A DNA stretch of 64,000 nucleotides. It comes from Heterodontus francisci (taxonomy: Eukaryota). Every line of letters starts with the position of its first letter. Positions within the stretch are counted from its first letter, which is position 1. Below, piece after piece: positions 1-11,884 of the stretch. The position numbers and the translations under genes were made by a program. The stretch is taken from NCBI RefSeq assembly GCF_036365525.1, contig NC_090381.1, forward strand, positions 88,591,257 through 88,655,256, in the 5' to 3' direction. The notes below the pieces were generated by a model. The model was not told where the DNA came from, searched no databases, and saw nothing but the letters and a program-made list of their open reading frames with translations.

Positions 1-35
1 GAATGTAGTGCATGTAAAATTATGAAAGCGTACAA

Positions 36-151
36 TTTATTGCAAACTGTTTCATTATTTTGACCTGAATCAAACATACACATCATTTATGGGTTTCTTT
101 TGGGATGTGCTTCAAGAGGCAATTTTCACTTTCAGGTCTATGCCCTTTATT
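36..151 (-). terminator. Candidate polyadenylation signals of the fetuin paralog
   Basis: TTTATT on + at 146-151 and 36-41 (also 219-224, just after the stop). Confidence 0.5.
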
Positions 152-235
152 GCCATATACATTACTTTCTTATAAAAAGAAGGATGGATTTTCTGTCTTC
201 TGTGATCTCCTCTCTGGATTTATTTCAGAGACAAA

Positions 236-535
236 TCAGATAGGCAAAACGGTTTCTCCAAAATGCCTTGCCCTCCCTGGACATGTATTTCGAGGTGCTG
301 GAAGTATTGGAAAGTTAGTTCCACTGCCTGTGCTGATAACGAAACCCAGTGCACCCTGCATTTCCTCGGAGGATTCAATTCTCTTGGGAGTTCCATTGTG
401 CGTATTTAGCTGCTTATTGCTATATTGTTGTTCAGCATTGGATTGTCTCTTATTTCTTCGTCCTTGTCCTTTCCTTTTACCATGTCTTTGCTTGACAGCA
501 CTTTCACCCACAATTTTAGCTGAATTGAGCCCCAC
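236..535 (-). CDS. Fetuin paralog exon 7 (basic tail)
   Basis: tcactgaag|VGLNSAK...RHGKRKGQGRRNKR...ESSEE...FPILPAPRNTCPGRARHFGETVLPI-TGA; the acceptor is the best in-frame AG but weak, so the 5' edge is less certain. Confidence 0.82.
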   Translation of the reverse strand: MGLNSAKIVGESAVKQRHGKRKGQGRRNKRQSNAEQQYSNKQLNTHNGTPKRIESSEEMQGALGFVISTGSGTNFPILPAPRNTCPGRARHFGETVLPI

Positions 536-1419
536 CTTCAGTGATACAAAGGCCATGTCAGTTACTTCATAGAATTCCGACAAATCTAACTCCACATTTA
601 AAGTCAATCACTGACCTGGACTGCATTGTAAATAGAGCACATTGGCATTTGTAATCTAATTAGCAATGTGGCAGAATGAAAGGAAGGAGTCTTTTGCTGA
701 GATTGCTCACATGGTGAGTTCTCAATATTGGCTTCAGCATCAGTGAGGATTTATAGATTGGAGGCCCTAAACTTCCCAAACTGTGGACAGAGGGCAACAG
801 GAGGGTAACCTACCCTTTTGCCTGATTTTATACGTTTCATGATGTAATTGGTTCGGGAGAGACATTGGCCTTAAGAAAGCCAGCTACCCATCATTTTTGG
901 ATGGAATGGTGGGTGAAATAGAAAGGGAACCTAAAAGCCAAAAAGAAAATAAGTTTAAAAAGACAAAAAATAAATGAATTGGCAATGTGAGTCGTTACTA
1001 AAAAAATTAGCTTCTAGTAAATGATCAAGTGTCATTAGCATTGCAAAGCTCCAAGCGCTCTAGCAAAAAGCAGAACAGACACAATGCACTGAATGGCCTC
1101 CTATGCTGTAAACATGTATAATTCTATGTGCTTATTAACATGTGGTACTAGCATAATGTCCCACTGAGTAGTGGGATGTCTACTTTTCCCTATATTCAAA
1201 GTCAGATCTTGGCAACATGGCACATCCATTGGCGTGCTCAACAGTAGCTTCTGTTCCTCAATAAGTACTCAAAACATGTGTGTTATTTCCACATGTGTTC
1301 TCCCAATCATCCACTATAAGTTTGACAGTAGATCCATGGAAATTCAATCCCAAAATCTTTGGCAACCATTTTGACATCCATGTTATGAATTTTAATCAGA
1401 TTCCCCAGTGATTGATTAC

Positions 1420-1506
1420 CTTTGGTCTGTAGAGCTCACAATTCACTTCAACTTTCTCTTTTCCAGAATTGGGTTTATATACAGAGGCAGTGCAGAAGCC
1501 TTTACT
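1420..1506 (-). CDS. Fetuin paralog exon 6
   Basis: ttcctttgcag|SKGFCTASVYKPNSGKEKVEVNCELYRPK|gtaatc; 87 nt. Confidence 0.93.
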
Positions 1507-1712
1507 CTGCAAAGGAAGAAAAGGCAACAGGAAATACTAAGCAAATGATATTCTCTGATTTCAACGTTTTTGTTAGATTTTCTAGACATTACACACAGGT
1601 GGGGTGGATTTTCCTCCATAATCCTACACAGGAAATTGATCACAATTGTGGCAGAATGCCCCATGGTAAAAGTATGTATAGGGCCGGTAGGCTGTTTTGC
1701 AACAATACTTAC

Positions 1713-1823
1713 ACCGGAAGCAAATTCACCTCTATCCCTCAGACAATTGTGAAGTTTGGAAGCTTTAGTGCATGCAGTTTCTTGGATTGTAAATTCAACA
1801 AATATTTTCTTCCCAGCCACAAC
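1713..1823 (-). CDS. Fetuin paralog exon 5
   Basis: ttttcttccag|VVAGKKIFVEFTIQETACTKASKLHNCLRDRGEFASG|gtaagt; 111 nt. Confidence 0.92.
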
Positions 1824-2664
1824 CTGGAAGAAAATCATACAAAAATGTTCTTTAGCAACAAGTAACCTAATGGAATAATTGCCAGAAACGATTACATCAT
1901 ACATCAATCTTTTCAAAGACACCTGTGATAGTAAAAGAAATATATTTAATACCAGTAGAATGTTTTATCATGTGTACCCTTTTGTACTTTTCCACAAGTT
2001 GTATATTGTGATATTCATACCAACAAGCAACCATCATTATAGAAAAGTGATACATGCCACTTTCTCTTTCAGGTGATGTTATAAGCATAAGGGATAGTGA
2101 CATGACAAGATATTTTGGTCTAGGTATTTGGCTTTTGTAGAATTGGATCATATCTGCAACATGGTAAATCCTCCACCTGCCAGAACGATACACCCTTGAC
2201 CCTGCACGATTTCTGGCCAGAGGGTCATTTAAATATTATTGGTGGGCCACTCATGAGTGTCTGCCTGGACTGAGGGAGAAGCAGAGGGAGCAATTGAATA
2301 TATTGGGTCTCAGAGGCCTGCTGTACCATAGTATTGCTGCCAGTACAGTATAAACATGAAAAAATGTTTGATTTTCTTTCAAATTTGAAATTTCCTTAGG
2401 CTATGAGGACAACCAGACAGCATATCAATTATAGCTTATTGCTGTTGCTATTATTGCTCACATCTGCTTAGAAGCCCAACATTTTCACCGTCTCTGGTAT
2501 GTTTAGTGCAAAATTGGCACACGTGGACAGCAAATCTCAAAATTTGCAGAACTTCCCCCAGGATTTTACTTGTGGTTGCATTTGATCTTTCAGATTATCT
2601 GTAAAATAAAAGAGTTTGGATTTTTTTGTTGAGTTTTGCCAAAAAAAAGGAATATCAACTTTAC

Positions 2665-2831
2665 CTGAGAGGAAGCTTTTGTTATTTTCTGTACTGCAAA
2701 ATAATTTGTTCTGCTGCTATTTCTGTTATATTTTTGTAGTGCAGTCATGACAGATTGATTGACATCTGAATGGTTTAAAGGTAATCGATGGGGGCAGCTT
2801 GGGCATCTGCTCAAAACCATGTCATCTGAAT
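2665..2831 (-). CDS. Fetuin paralog exon 4
   Basis: long pyrimidine tract then ttgaag|(D)SDDMVLSRCPSCPHRLPLNHSDVNQSVMTALQKYNRNSSRTNYFAVQKITKASSQ|gtaaag; 167 nt. Confidence 0.92.
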
Positions 2832-3231
2832 CTTCAAAAAAAACAGAAAAAGAAAAGTAGAGCAAAAACTATGATGTTTTGTTTTAGCTTTATACTCTGC
2901 CACATATTCTCTAAAATTTTTTAATGATTGAAAATATAGCCTTAAAAGAAGTAATCTCCTCAACTGTCTTTGTAGCCCATGTTAACATGACAGAAGATTG
3001 AATATCTCTGGTTTTTATGTCAATGCGCTTCTAATACTGATGCTAATCTCCACCAAATAATAACATAAAAATATTGTAGCATGCTGTTACTAAGTGATTA
3101 TTGAAGGAAACACTGCCACAGACTCAGTAACAATCTCCATTAGGGTGCTCTGGTACATTGGTACTGTACGGAGATTGCAGATGGCACCGTTCTGAACAAT
3201 GATAGCAACAATCTCCATAAGATTGTTGGAA

Positions 3232-3460
3232 TCTCCATTAGTGGTTAGAACGTTAAGCTTGCTACCACATGGAGTAGCTGAGGCAAACAGTACAGATGCA
3301 TTTAAGAGGAAACTAGATAATTACATAAGACAGAAAGGAATAGAAGGATATTTTGATAGGGTTAGATGAAATAAGGTGCGACGAATAAGAAGCATAAACA
3401 TCGACATAGACCAGTTGGTCCAAATGGCCTGTTCCAGTCCTGTAAATTCTATGTAACTCT
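3232..3460 (+). mobile_element. Degenerate CR1 LINE 3' end
   Basis: gtggttagaa..gtagctgaggcaaa..gcatttaagaggaaactagat, then 3'UTR ggtccaaatggcctg, matching other CR1 ends in the window. Confidence 0.55.
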
Positions 3461-3510
3461 GTGTCAGATATTAATGGGACAGGTTCAGTGTATTGTTGCT
3501 GTGTGTTGGT

Positions 3511-6500
3511 TAGAATCATAGAATGTTACAATACAGAAAGAAGCCACTTGGCCCATTGTGTCTATGCCAGTCGAAAAATGTTCCACCCATTCTAATCCCA
3601 TCTTCCAGCATTTGGTCCATAACCCTACAGATTACAGCACTTGAGGTTCATATCCAGACTTCTTTCAAATGAGTTGAGGGTTTCTACTTCAACTACCCTT
3701 TCAGGCAGTGAGTTCCAGACCCCCCACCCCCACCCTCTAGGTGAAAAAACTTCTCCTCATCTCCCCACTAATGTTTCTATCAATCACTTTAAATCTATGA
3801 CCCCTAGTCACTGACCTCTCTGCTAAGGTAAATAGGTCCTTTACCTCCACTCTATCCAGGCACCTCACAATTTTGTACATTCCAATCAGATCTCCCCTCA
3901 ACCTTCTGTGTTCCAAGGAGAATGACCCCCATCTTATCCAATTTTTCTTCATAGCTGGATTTTCCCAGACCCGGCAACATCCTCATAAATCTTCTCTGTT
4001 CTTTGTCTAATGTAATTACATCCTTTCTGTAATGAGGTGACCAGAACTGCACACAGTAGTCAAGTTGTGGCCTAACCAATGATTTATACAGTTCCAGCAT
4101 AACCTCCCTGCTCTTATATTCTATACAAAGAACAAAGAACAAAGAACAGTACAGCACAGTACAGGCGCTTCGGCCCACAATGTTGTGCCGAACCTTTAAC
4201 CTACTCTAAAATCAAACTAACTACCTACCCTTCATTCTACTATCATCCATGTACCTATCCAAGAGTCGCTTAAATGCCCCTAATGTATCTGCTTCTACTA
4301 CCACCGCTGGCAGCGCATTCCACGCACCCACCACTCTCTGTGTAAAGAACCTACCTCTGACATCTCCCCGAAACCTTCCTCCAATCACCTTAAAATTATG
4401 CCCCCTGGTGATAGCCCTTTCCACCCTGAGAAAAAGTCTCTGGCTATCCACTCTATCTATGCCTCTCATCATCTTGTACCCCTCTATCAAGTCACCTCTC
4501 ATCCTTCTTCGCTCCAATGAGAAAAGCCCTAGCTCCCTCAATCTTTCTTCGTAGGACATGCCCTCCAGTCCAGGCAGCATCCTGGTAAATCTCCTCTCCA
4601 TCCTCTCTAGAGCTTACACATCCTTCCTATAATGAGGCGATCAGAACTGAACACAATATTCCAAGTGTGGTCGAACCAGGGCTTTATCGAGCTGCAGCAT
4701 AACCTCACGGCTCTTAAACTCAATCCCCCTGTTAATGAAAGCCAACACAGCATACGCCTTCTTAACAACCCTATCAACTTGGGTGGCAACTTTGAGCGAT
4801 CTATGGACATGGACCCCAAGATCCCTCTGTTCCTCCACACTACCAAGAATCCTGTCTTTAAGCCTGTATTCCACACTCAAATTCGACCTTCCAAAATGAA
4901 TCACTTCACACTTTTCCAGGTTGAACTCCATCTGCCACTTCTCAGCCCAGCTCTGCATCCTGTCAATGTCCCGTTGCAACCTACAACAGCCTTCCACACT
5001 ATCCACAACTCCAGCAACCTTCGTGTCATCGGCAAACTTGCTAACCCAGCCTTCCACTTCCTCATCCAGTCATTTATAAAAATCACAAAGAGCAGAGGTC
5101 CCAGAACAGATCCTTGTGGAACACCACAGGTCACCGAGCTCCATGCTGAAATCTTTCCATTTACTACCACCCTCTGACTTCTATGGGCCAGCCAATTTTG
5201 TATCCAGACAGCCAACTTTCCCTGAATCCCATGCCTCCTTACTTTCTGAATGAGCCTACCATGGGGAACCTTATCAAACGCCTTGCTAAAATCCATATAC
5301 ACCACATCCACTTCCTTCATCAATGTGTTTTGTCACATCTTCAAAGAATTCAATAAGGCTTGTGAGGCATGACCTGCCCCTTACAAAGCCATGCTGACTG
5401 TCTCTAATCAAACCATGCTTTTCCAAATAATCATAAATCCTGTCTCTCAGAATCCTCTCCAATAATTTGCCCACTACCGACGTAAGACTGACTGGTCTAT
5501 AATTCCCAGGGTTATCCCTATTCCCTTTCTTGAACAAGGGAACAACATTTGCCACCCTCCAATCATCCGGTACTACTCCAGTGGACAGTGAAGACGCAAA
5601 GATCATCGCCAAAGGCGCAGCAATCTCTTCCCTCGCTTCCCGTAATATCCTTGGGTATATCCCGTCTGGCCCGGGGACTTATCTGTCCTCATATCATTCA
5701 AAATTTCCAGCACATCCTCCCTCTTAACCTCAACCTGTTCGAGCATATCAGCCTGTTCCACGCTGTCCTCACAAACGACCAGGTCCATCTCACTAGTGAA
5801 TACTGAAGCAAAGTATTCATTTAGGACCTCCCCTACCTCCAGGCACAAGTTCCCTCCACTATTCCTGATCGGCCCTACCCTCACTCTGGCCATCCTCTTG
5901 TTCCTCACATAAGTGTAGAACGCCTTGGGATTTTCCTTAATCCTACCCACCAAGACTTTTTCATGTCCCCTTCTACCTCTCCTAAGTCCATTCTTCAGTT
6001 CCTTCCTGGCTACCTTGTAACCCTCTAGAGCCCTGTCCGATCCTTGTTTCCTCAACCTTAAGTAAGCTTCCTTCTTCCTCTTGACTAGCTGTTCCACATC
6101 TCTTGTCATCCAAGGTTCCTTCACCCTACCATCCCTTCCCTGCCTCATCAGGACAAACCTATCCAGCAGTCGCAGCAAGTGCTCCCTAAACAACCTCCAC
6201 ATTTCTGTCGTGCATTTCCCTGAGAACATCTGTTCCCAATTTATGCTCCCCAGTTCCTGCCTAATAGCATTGTAATTCCCCCTCCCCCAATTAAATTTAT
6301 TCCCATCCCGTCTGCTCCTGTCCCTCTACATGACTATAGTAAAGGTCAGGGAGTTGTGATCACTATCACCGAAATGTTCTCCCACCGATAGATCTGCCAC
6401 CTGGCCTGGTTCGTTGCCAAGCACCAAGTCCAACATAGTCTCCCCTCTAGTCGGCCTATCTACATATTGAGTCAGGAAACCTTCCTGGACACACCTGACA

Positions 6501-7570
6501 AAAACTGCTCCATCCAAACTATTTGCACTAAGGAGGTTCCAATCAATATTAGGGTAGTTGAAGTCACCCATGACAACAACCCGGTTACTTCTGCACCTTT
6601 CCAAAATCTGCCTCCCAATCTGTTCCTCCATATCTCTGTTGCTATTGGGGAGTCTATAGAAAACTCCCAACAAAGTGACTGCTCCTTTCCTGTTTCTGAC
6701 TTCCACCCATAATGACTCAGTAGACAAACCCTCCTCGACGACCTCCCTTTCTGCAGCTGTGATACTATCCCTGATTAGCAATGCCACTCCCCCACCTCTT
6801 TTACCTCCCTCCCTATTCCTTTTGAAACATCTAAACCCCGGAACATCCAACATCCATTCCCGCCCCTGTGATATCCACGTCTCCGTAATGGCCACAACAT
6901 CGTAGCTCCAAGTATTGATCCATGCTCTAAGTTATACCTTGGCTAATAAAGGAAAGAATTCCATATGCCTTCTTAACCACCTTATCGACCTGTCCTGCTA
7001 TCTTCCGGGATCTTTGGACATTCACTCCAAGGTCCTTCACTTCCTCTACACCTGTCAGTATTTTCCCATTAATCGTGTATTCCTTTGCTTTGTTTGATCT
7101 CCCCAAATGCATCACCTCAAACTTCTCTGGATTGAATTCCATTTGCCACTTTTCTGCCCATCTAACCTGACCATCAATATCTTCCTGCAGCCTACAGCTA
7201 TCCTCTTCACTATCTACCACTCGGCCAATCTTTTGTCGTCTGCAAACTTCTTGATCATGCCCCCCACATTTATGTTCAAATCATTAATATATATTACAAA
7301 AATCAGGGGACCCAGTACTGAGCCCTGCGGAATGCCACTGGAAACAGCCCTCCAGTCGCCAAAACACCTGTAAACAATTACCCTTTGTCTCCTGCTACCT
7401 TGCTGCATTTCGCGAGATCTCATGGGATTTTATTTTTTTAACCAGTCTGCCGTGTGGGACCTTGTCAAAAACCTTGCTAAAATCCAAGTAGACCACCTCA
7501 TCTATCTTCCTTGTTACTTCTTCAAAAAATTCTATCAAATTGGTCAGACAAGATCTTCCCTGAACAAATG
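3511..7570 (-). mobile_element. CR1 LINE fragment (RT C-terminal half + 3'UTR) split by a younger CR1; own parts 3511-4126 and 6933-7570
   Basis: ORF pieces YKSREVMLELYKSLVRPQLDYCVQFWSP (3852..4178), [13 protein letters not shown] (7214..7423), AEKWQMEFN (6927..7220). Confidence 0.88.
4127..6932 (-). mobile_element. Young 5'-truncated CR1 LINE (APE endonuclease + RT, frameshifted)
   Basis: AITETW..GGGV..GDFN..SDHN (APE); [30 protein letters not shown] (RT); (AAAGAAC)3 tail; TATAC duplicated at 4122-4126 and 6933-6937. Confidence 0.95.
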
Positions 7571-7902
7571 GAGGTTGGAGTATGTTGTATCATAATCCCA
7601 GCAACAATCTTCATAGAGTAATAACAGGAAAGATTCAGCATAGTGTTAACGTGTGAAGACTGGAGAAGTGGTGCATAGCCACAGTGAGAATCTGAAAACA
7701 GGCTGCTGCAAGACCAGGTATAACACCCACTAACCCAGAGACCAGAAGCAAAGTCACATTTAAAGCAGAGACCAAGAGGGAAATAGGCAAATGAACTGAA
7801 GAAATAGTCAAAGAAGTGTTCTGAAGGATTGAGAAAAGCATTGAGAATTCACCAGCTGATGAGTTATTTTATTTTTGAGCCTGTCAAGTTGAGTACAATA
7901 CT

Positions 7903-7988
7903 AATACAAAAGCAAAATACTGCGGATGCTGGAAACCTGAAATATAAACTGAAAATGATGGAAATACTCAGCAGGTCAGGCAACATCA
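7903..7988 (-). mobile_element. Penelope-like element terminal segment (inverted relative to 8525-9275)
   Basis: aaagcaaaatactgcggatgctggaa..gaaatactcagcaggtcaggcaacatc is the reverse complement of the terminus seen at 9235-9275, 12712-12793 and 33478-33557. Confidence 0.7.
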
Positions 7989-8018
7989 AGGAGTAGGGTG
8001 AAGGGTAGGACATACTAA

Positions 8019-8500
8019 GGGCTGGATTTTATGGGCCCCCTGAGGCAGGGGGCCCATAGAATCAAGACGGTGGGGGGGGCGGAGGACCCATCCCAGCCCT
8101 GTCACCAAGCGATTGTGCCGGGGGCGGGATAGGCCGACAACGGCCTTCCCACTCAGAGGCCAATTGAAGCCCTTAAGTGACATATTAATGGCCACAAGGG
8201 CTTCTGCCTACCACTGCTGGGATCCAACCAGGGGAGAGCATCTTGTAAAATGAAGTGCAATCTCCTCCATGGGCAATCTGTGGCCCACAGCAGGCCTCCG
8301 CCAGCAAAACCTATAACTCCATGGTGGCAGTGCCAATACTGCTAAGCTGCTGGCCCTGTGATTGGCTGGCAGCTTTTTGAGGTGGAATCCCCATCTTTAA
8401 AGGGACAGGGATCCTGGCGTGCGATTCTTAGGCTTGAAAACAGTGGAGGATCGCTCCGGGGTAGCACGAAAGGGCCGAGGCAACACCTGCCCTTTTCCCT
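8019..8500. mobile_element. GC-rich non-autonomous DNA transposon (Harbinger-type MITE family)
   Basis: Starts gggctggattttat; shares ccaattgaggcccttaagtg..attaatggccac core with copies at 38059, 46699 and 60285. Confidence 0.6.
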
Positions 8501-8524
8501 GTTCTCTTCTCACCATCCAACTCC

Positions 8525-9275
8525 CCAAATAGTTCTTCTACATGAAACAGCGATTTACTAATAGGCCTTTCAATTTAGTATACTGTATTCGCTGCTCACA
8601 ATGTGGTCTCCTCTACATTGGGGAGACGAAATGTGTGACTGTTTTGAGGAACACCGCCATTTCAGTCTGCAAGCATGACCCCAAGCTTCTTGTCGTGTGT
8701 CATTTTAATTCTCCACCTTGCTCTCACTCTGACCTTTGTGTTCTTGGCCTGCTACTGTGTTCAAATGCGCTTGACACAAGCTTGAGCAACAGCACCTCAT
8801 CTTTCGACTGGGCACTTTACAGCCTTCCAGACTCTACATTAAGTTCAATAATTGTAGATCATAATGGCTGCTGTCATTTTTTTCTTCTTCCATTTCTTTT
8901 TGCTGGTTCTTTTTCCCCCTCTTGTTTCTTTCTTTATCCCTTTACTTTGTGTTTGGTCGGCTGCTATCCTGCCATTGACACCTCATCCCGATACTACTTT
9001 TGTTTTTTCACTTGGCCCATTACCACTGCCTTTGGCTTTGTACCACGAAACCTTTTGTCATTTAATCTCTCCTTCCCTCCATCCATTCACAGACCTTCCC
9101 TTTTGTTCTTCTTTACCCCACCCCCGCCCCACTTGCCTTTCTCTTGCTCAAAACCAGTTATATTTCTAACATTTGACAGTTCTGATGAAAGTCACACAGA
9201 CCTGAAACATTAACTCTATTTTTCTCTCCACAAATGCTGCCTGACCTGCTGAGTATTTCCAGCATTTTCTGTTAT
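8525..9275 (+). mobile_element. Penelope-like retroelement 3' part (GIY-YIG endonuclease remnant + terminal repeat)
   Basis: NLVYCIRCSQCGLLYIGETK GIY-YIG signature in ORF 8542..9213, followed by a pyrimidine-rich UTR and a hammerhead-like terminus. Confidence 0.88.
9178..9215 (+). ncRNA. Minimal type I hammerhead ribozyme motif (Penelope-associated)
   Basis: AGTT-CTGATGA-AAGTC-acaca-GACCT-GAAA-CA-TT-AACT: stem I AGTT/AACT, canonical CUGAUGA and GAAA cores, imperfect stem II. Confidence 0.6.
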
Positions 9276-9356
9276 TGAGCAGAAACATCCTTGTTATCAA
9301 ATACAACTCTGCCTCGTGTACAATAAAAATCACATTCCTAGAAATCTCTGTCCTAC

Positions 9357-9444
9357 CTGGTGATATTAAACACCGGTACTTGTGGACCTGATTGCGCCGT
9401 GTTTTGGGGTTAATTTGTAATTGTACTTTACAGTCACCAGAAAT
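9357..9444 (-). CDS. Fetuin paralog exon 3
   Basis: attccattag|ISGDCKVQLQINPKTRRNQVHKYRCLISP+G|gtagga; 88 nt. Confidence 0.92.
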
Positions 9445-9984
9445 CTAATGGAATTAAGAGAAATATCCATCAATAGATATTTACAATTTAGTTGTCACCT
9501 CAAGTGAATATTTTCTCAGCATAGAAGAGGAGTGAGGACCCACCCAGTATAAAACTGAGCTCAACATTTATTCTTAGTACTGGAACACAAAGCAATACAA
9601 GTTCTGGTTCTCCTTCATATTCTGTAAGAATTACTGGCCTCCAACCAGCTTACAACTGAAGAGTTGGTTGTAGCAGTTGATTCTTACTAATATCAGTTCT
9701 CCATCACACTTAATTCATGAAGAATTAATAATTTCTCAGTTTTTACAATATTTACTTTTCGGATTGGAATGAGATATAAGCTCAGTTTCTTGATCTCAGC
9801 CACGATAGAGATAGAGAAATATAATTTCCTCAGTACTCCCTGATTAGGAAGAGGAAAACAGTCGGGGTTCTTGCTCCTGATCATTATTCAGTGTACTGTT
9901 CTAGCCATCAGGTGAGAAAAGGTTAGACTGGGATGTGATGCCTCACAGTCGACAGTTTGCCAACATTCACTGGCACAAACCACA

Positions 9985-10245
9985 TGCAGGTGCACAAGAT
10001 TATGACAGGTTTAGATGAGTTAGGCAAGGAAAAGCTATTCCTTTAACTGATGGTGCAAGGACTAGGTATGCACAGATTGAAGGTTTTGGGCAAGAGATGC
10101 AGGGGAAATATGAGGAAGAACTTTTTTACTTGCTGCCCATGAGGGTCATGGAAGCAGAGACAATTAATGATTTCAAAAGGAAATTGAATGGGCATTTGAA
10201 AGAAATAAACATGCAGGGCTACGGGGAATGAGCGAGGAGTGGTTG
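9985..10245 (+). mobile_element. Degenerate CR1 3' fragment
   Basis: aagattatgacaggtttagat..aggactagg..gcacagattgaaggttttgggc..gatttcaaaagg, as in CR1 RT C-terminus. Confidence 0.65.
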
Positions 10246-10289
10246 ATTAGAAAATATACTGAATATAGTATTTTATCAACATTGTGATG

Positions 10290-10530
10290 CATATGGACCA
10301 CAGCACTATTTCAAAGAAGAGCAGGGGAGTTATCCCTGGTGTCCTGGCCAATATTTAACCCTCAATCAACATCACAAAATCAGATTATCTGATCATTATC
10401 ACATTGTTGTTTGTGGAAGCTTGCTGTGTGCAAATTGGCTGGCGTATTTCCTACATTACAACAGTGATTACACTTCAGAAGTATGTCATTGGCTGTAAAA
10501 CACTTTGGGACATCCTGTGGTCATGAAAGG
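10290..10530 (+). mobile_element. Deu-domain SINE (SacSINE1-like) 3' half, running into the gap
   Basis: gcactatttcaaagaagagcaggggagttatccctggtgtcctggccaatattta resembles the DeuSINE core; related copies at 25280-25515 (+) and 55150-55450 (-). Confidence 0.65.
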
Positions 10531-10710
10531 NNNNNNNNNNNNNNNNNNNNNNNNNNNNNNNNNNNNNNNNNNNNNNNNNNNNNNNNNNNNNNNNNNNNNN
10601 NNNNNNNNNNNNNNNNNNNNNNNNNNNNNNNNNNNNNNNNNNNNNNNNNNNNNNNNNNNNNNNNNNNNNNNNNNNNNNNNNNNNNNNNNNNNNNNNNNNN
10701 NNNNNNNNNN
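10531..10710. other. Assembly gap (180 N) in intron 2 of the fetuin paralog
   Basis: Run of N. Confidence 1.
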
Positions 10711-11025
10711 TGTTTCACTGAGACTGAGGCCAGTGCGCTCCCAAAATACAGTTTAGGTGATGTTTACTGTGCCTTAATGCTGAATTAACGTTGTCACACC
10801 TACTCCTTGGGTGGGACATCAATGTTGCCTCAGCCTTCCTTAGACATCACAACAATGCAGCAAGCAAATGATTACATTGCAGTGGACATTGACTGAGTCA
10901 TTTTGTAGGGATGGACACTGAATGAGTGAGTGGCTTTACCCATATACATTACCAAAGATATTAAAGTTCCTTTAAATGGGAACTTTTCGGCCAAAGTAGA
11001 CAAAACAGTCAAAAGAGAGTCTTAC

Positions 11026-11136
11026 AGCTTCAGGACCTGATCGTATTTCACATTCTGCTGCAGGTTTTGGATTCAGGGAGTGGCATCTAGTCTCCAACAC
11101 CTCAAGCTCTAAATAAACAGAGGACACACCTTGCTT
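11026..11136 (-). CDS. Fetuin paralog exon 2
   Basis: ttttctttcag|KQGVSSVYLELEVLETRCHSLNPKPAAECEIRSGPEA|gtaaga; 111 nt. Confidence 0.93.
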
Positions 11137-11624
11137 CTGAAAGAAAAATAAGATTAATTACTGAACAAAAATCAGTCTGGTCACACCTGAGGGACCACTG
11201 ATGCATATCCTATATCAAAGGCCCATTGAAACTGGATCAAAATACCTGAAAATGGCAGTATTATGCTGTAATTAAATTGCTGATTGCATCTCTTGTATTT
11301 TTAAAGCACATTTATGTAAAAGCAACATTGTATGTATATGCACATCAGCCAATATGGCATCAGCTACGTCATGAATGTTTCCCAGAAACAACGGAATGTA
11401 GTTTTATTTAGACAGTAAGTAATAGTATGTTTGGGAGATCACTGCGTCAGCAATTGGTTCATATGGGGAAAGTCAAGCATGAAGAAAACTGCTTCCTGAA
11501 AAAAATCCATGTTTTATAAACATTTTCTCATTAATAATTTAACCTAATTTTATAACCATAATAATAAATAATCGTGAACTCCAATGACTGGTAGCACAGA
11601 GGGGAATTTAACTGTAAAAGTCCA

Positions 11625-11723
11625 TAGAAACAGAAAATGCTGGAAGTGCACAGCAGGTCTGGCGGTATCTGTAAAAGGAAAAGACCGGACAACATTTCAG
11701 TGTGGACCCTTTGTCAGAACTGA
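11625..11723 (-). mobile_element. Degenerate Penelope-like terminal repeat
   Basis: Minus strand cagttctgacaaagggtccacactgaaatgttg..cagacctgctgtg..ttccagcattttctg. Confidence 0.6.
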
Positions 11724-11884
11724 TTAAAATGCCATTCTCTGGGACCATCTCGATGTTACAGTGCTGTAAATAGCCAATCGCAGTGCTGTTTAGATCCCAC
11801 CGTGATATAATAATGTTTTCAAAGTTCATTGTTCCTGTTCTAACTCTGGTTCCATAACAAATTAGTTAATCTCTTTGTACTCAC

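Noticed and set aside
105-572. 155-aa plus-strand ORF
   Set aside because: Antisense shadow of paralog exon 7; no recognisable domain.
10483-10788. ORFs spanning the N run
   Set aside because: Artefacts of the assembly gap.
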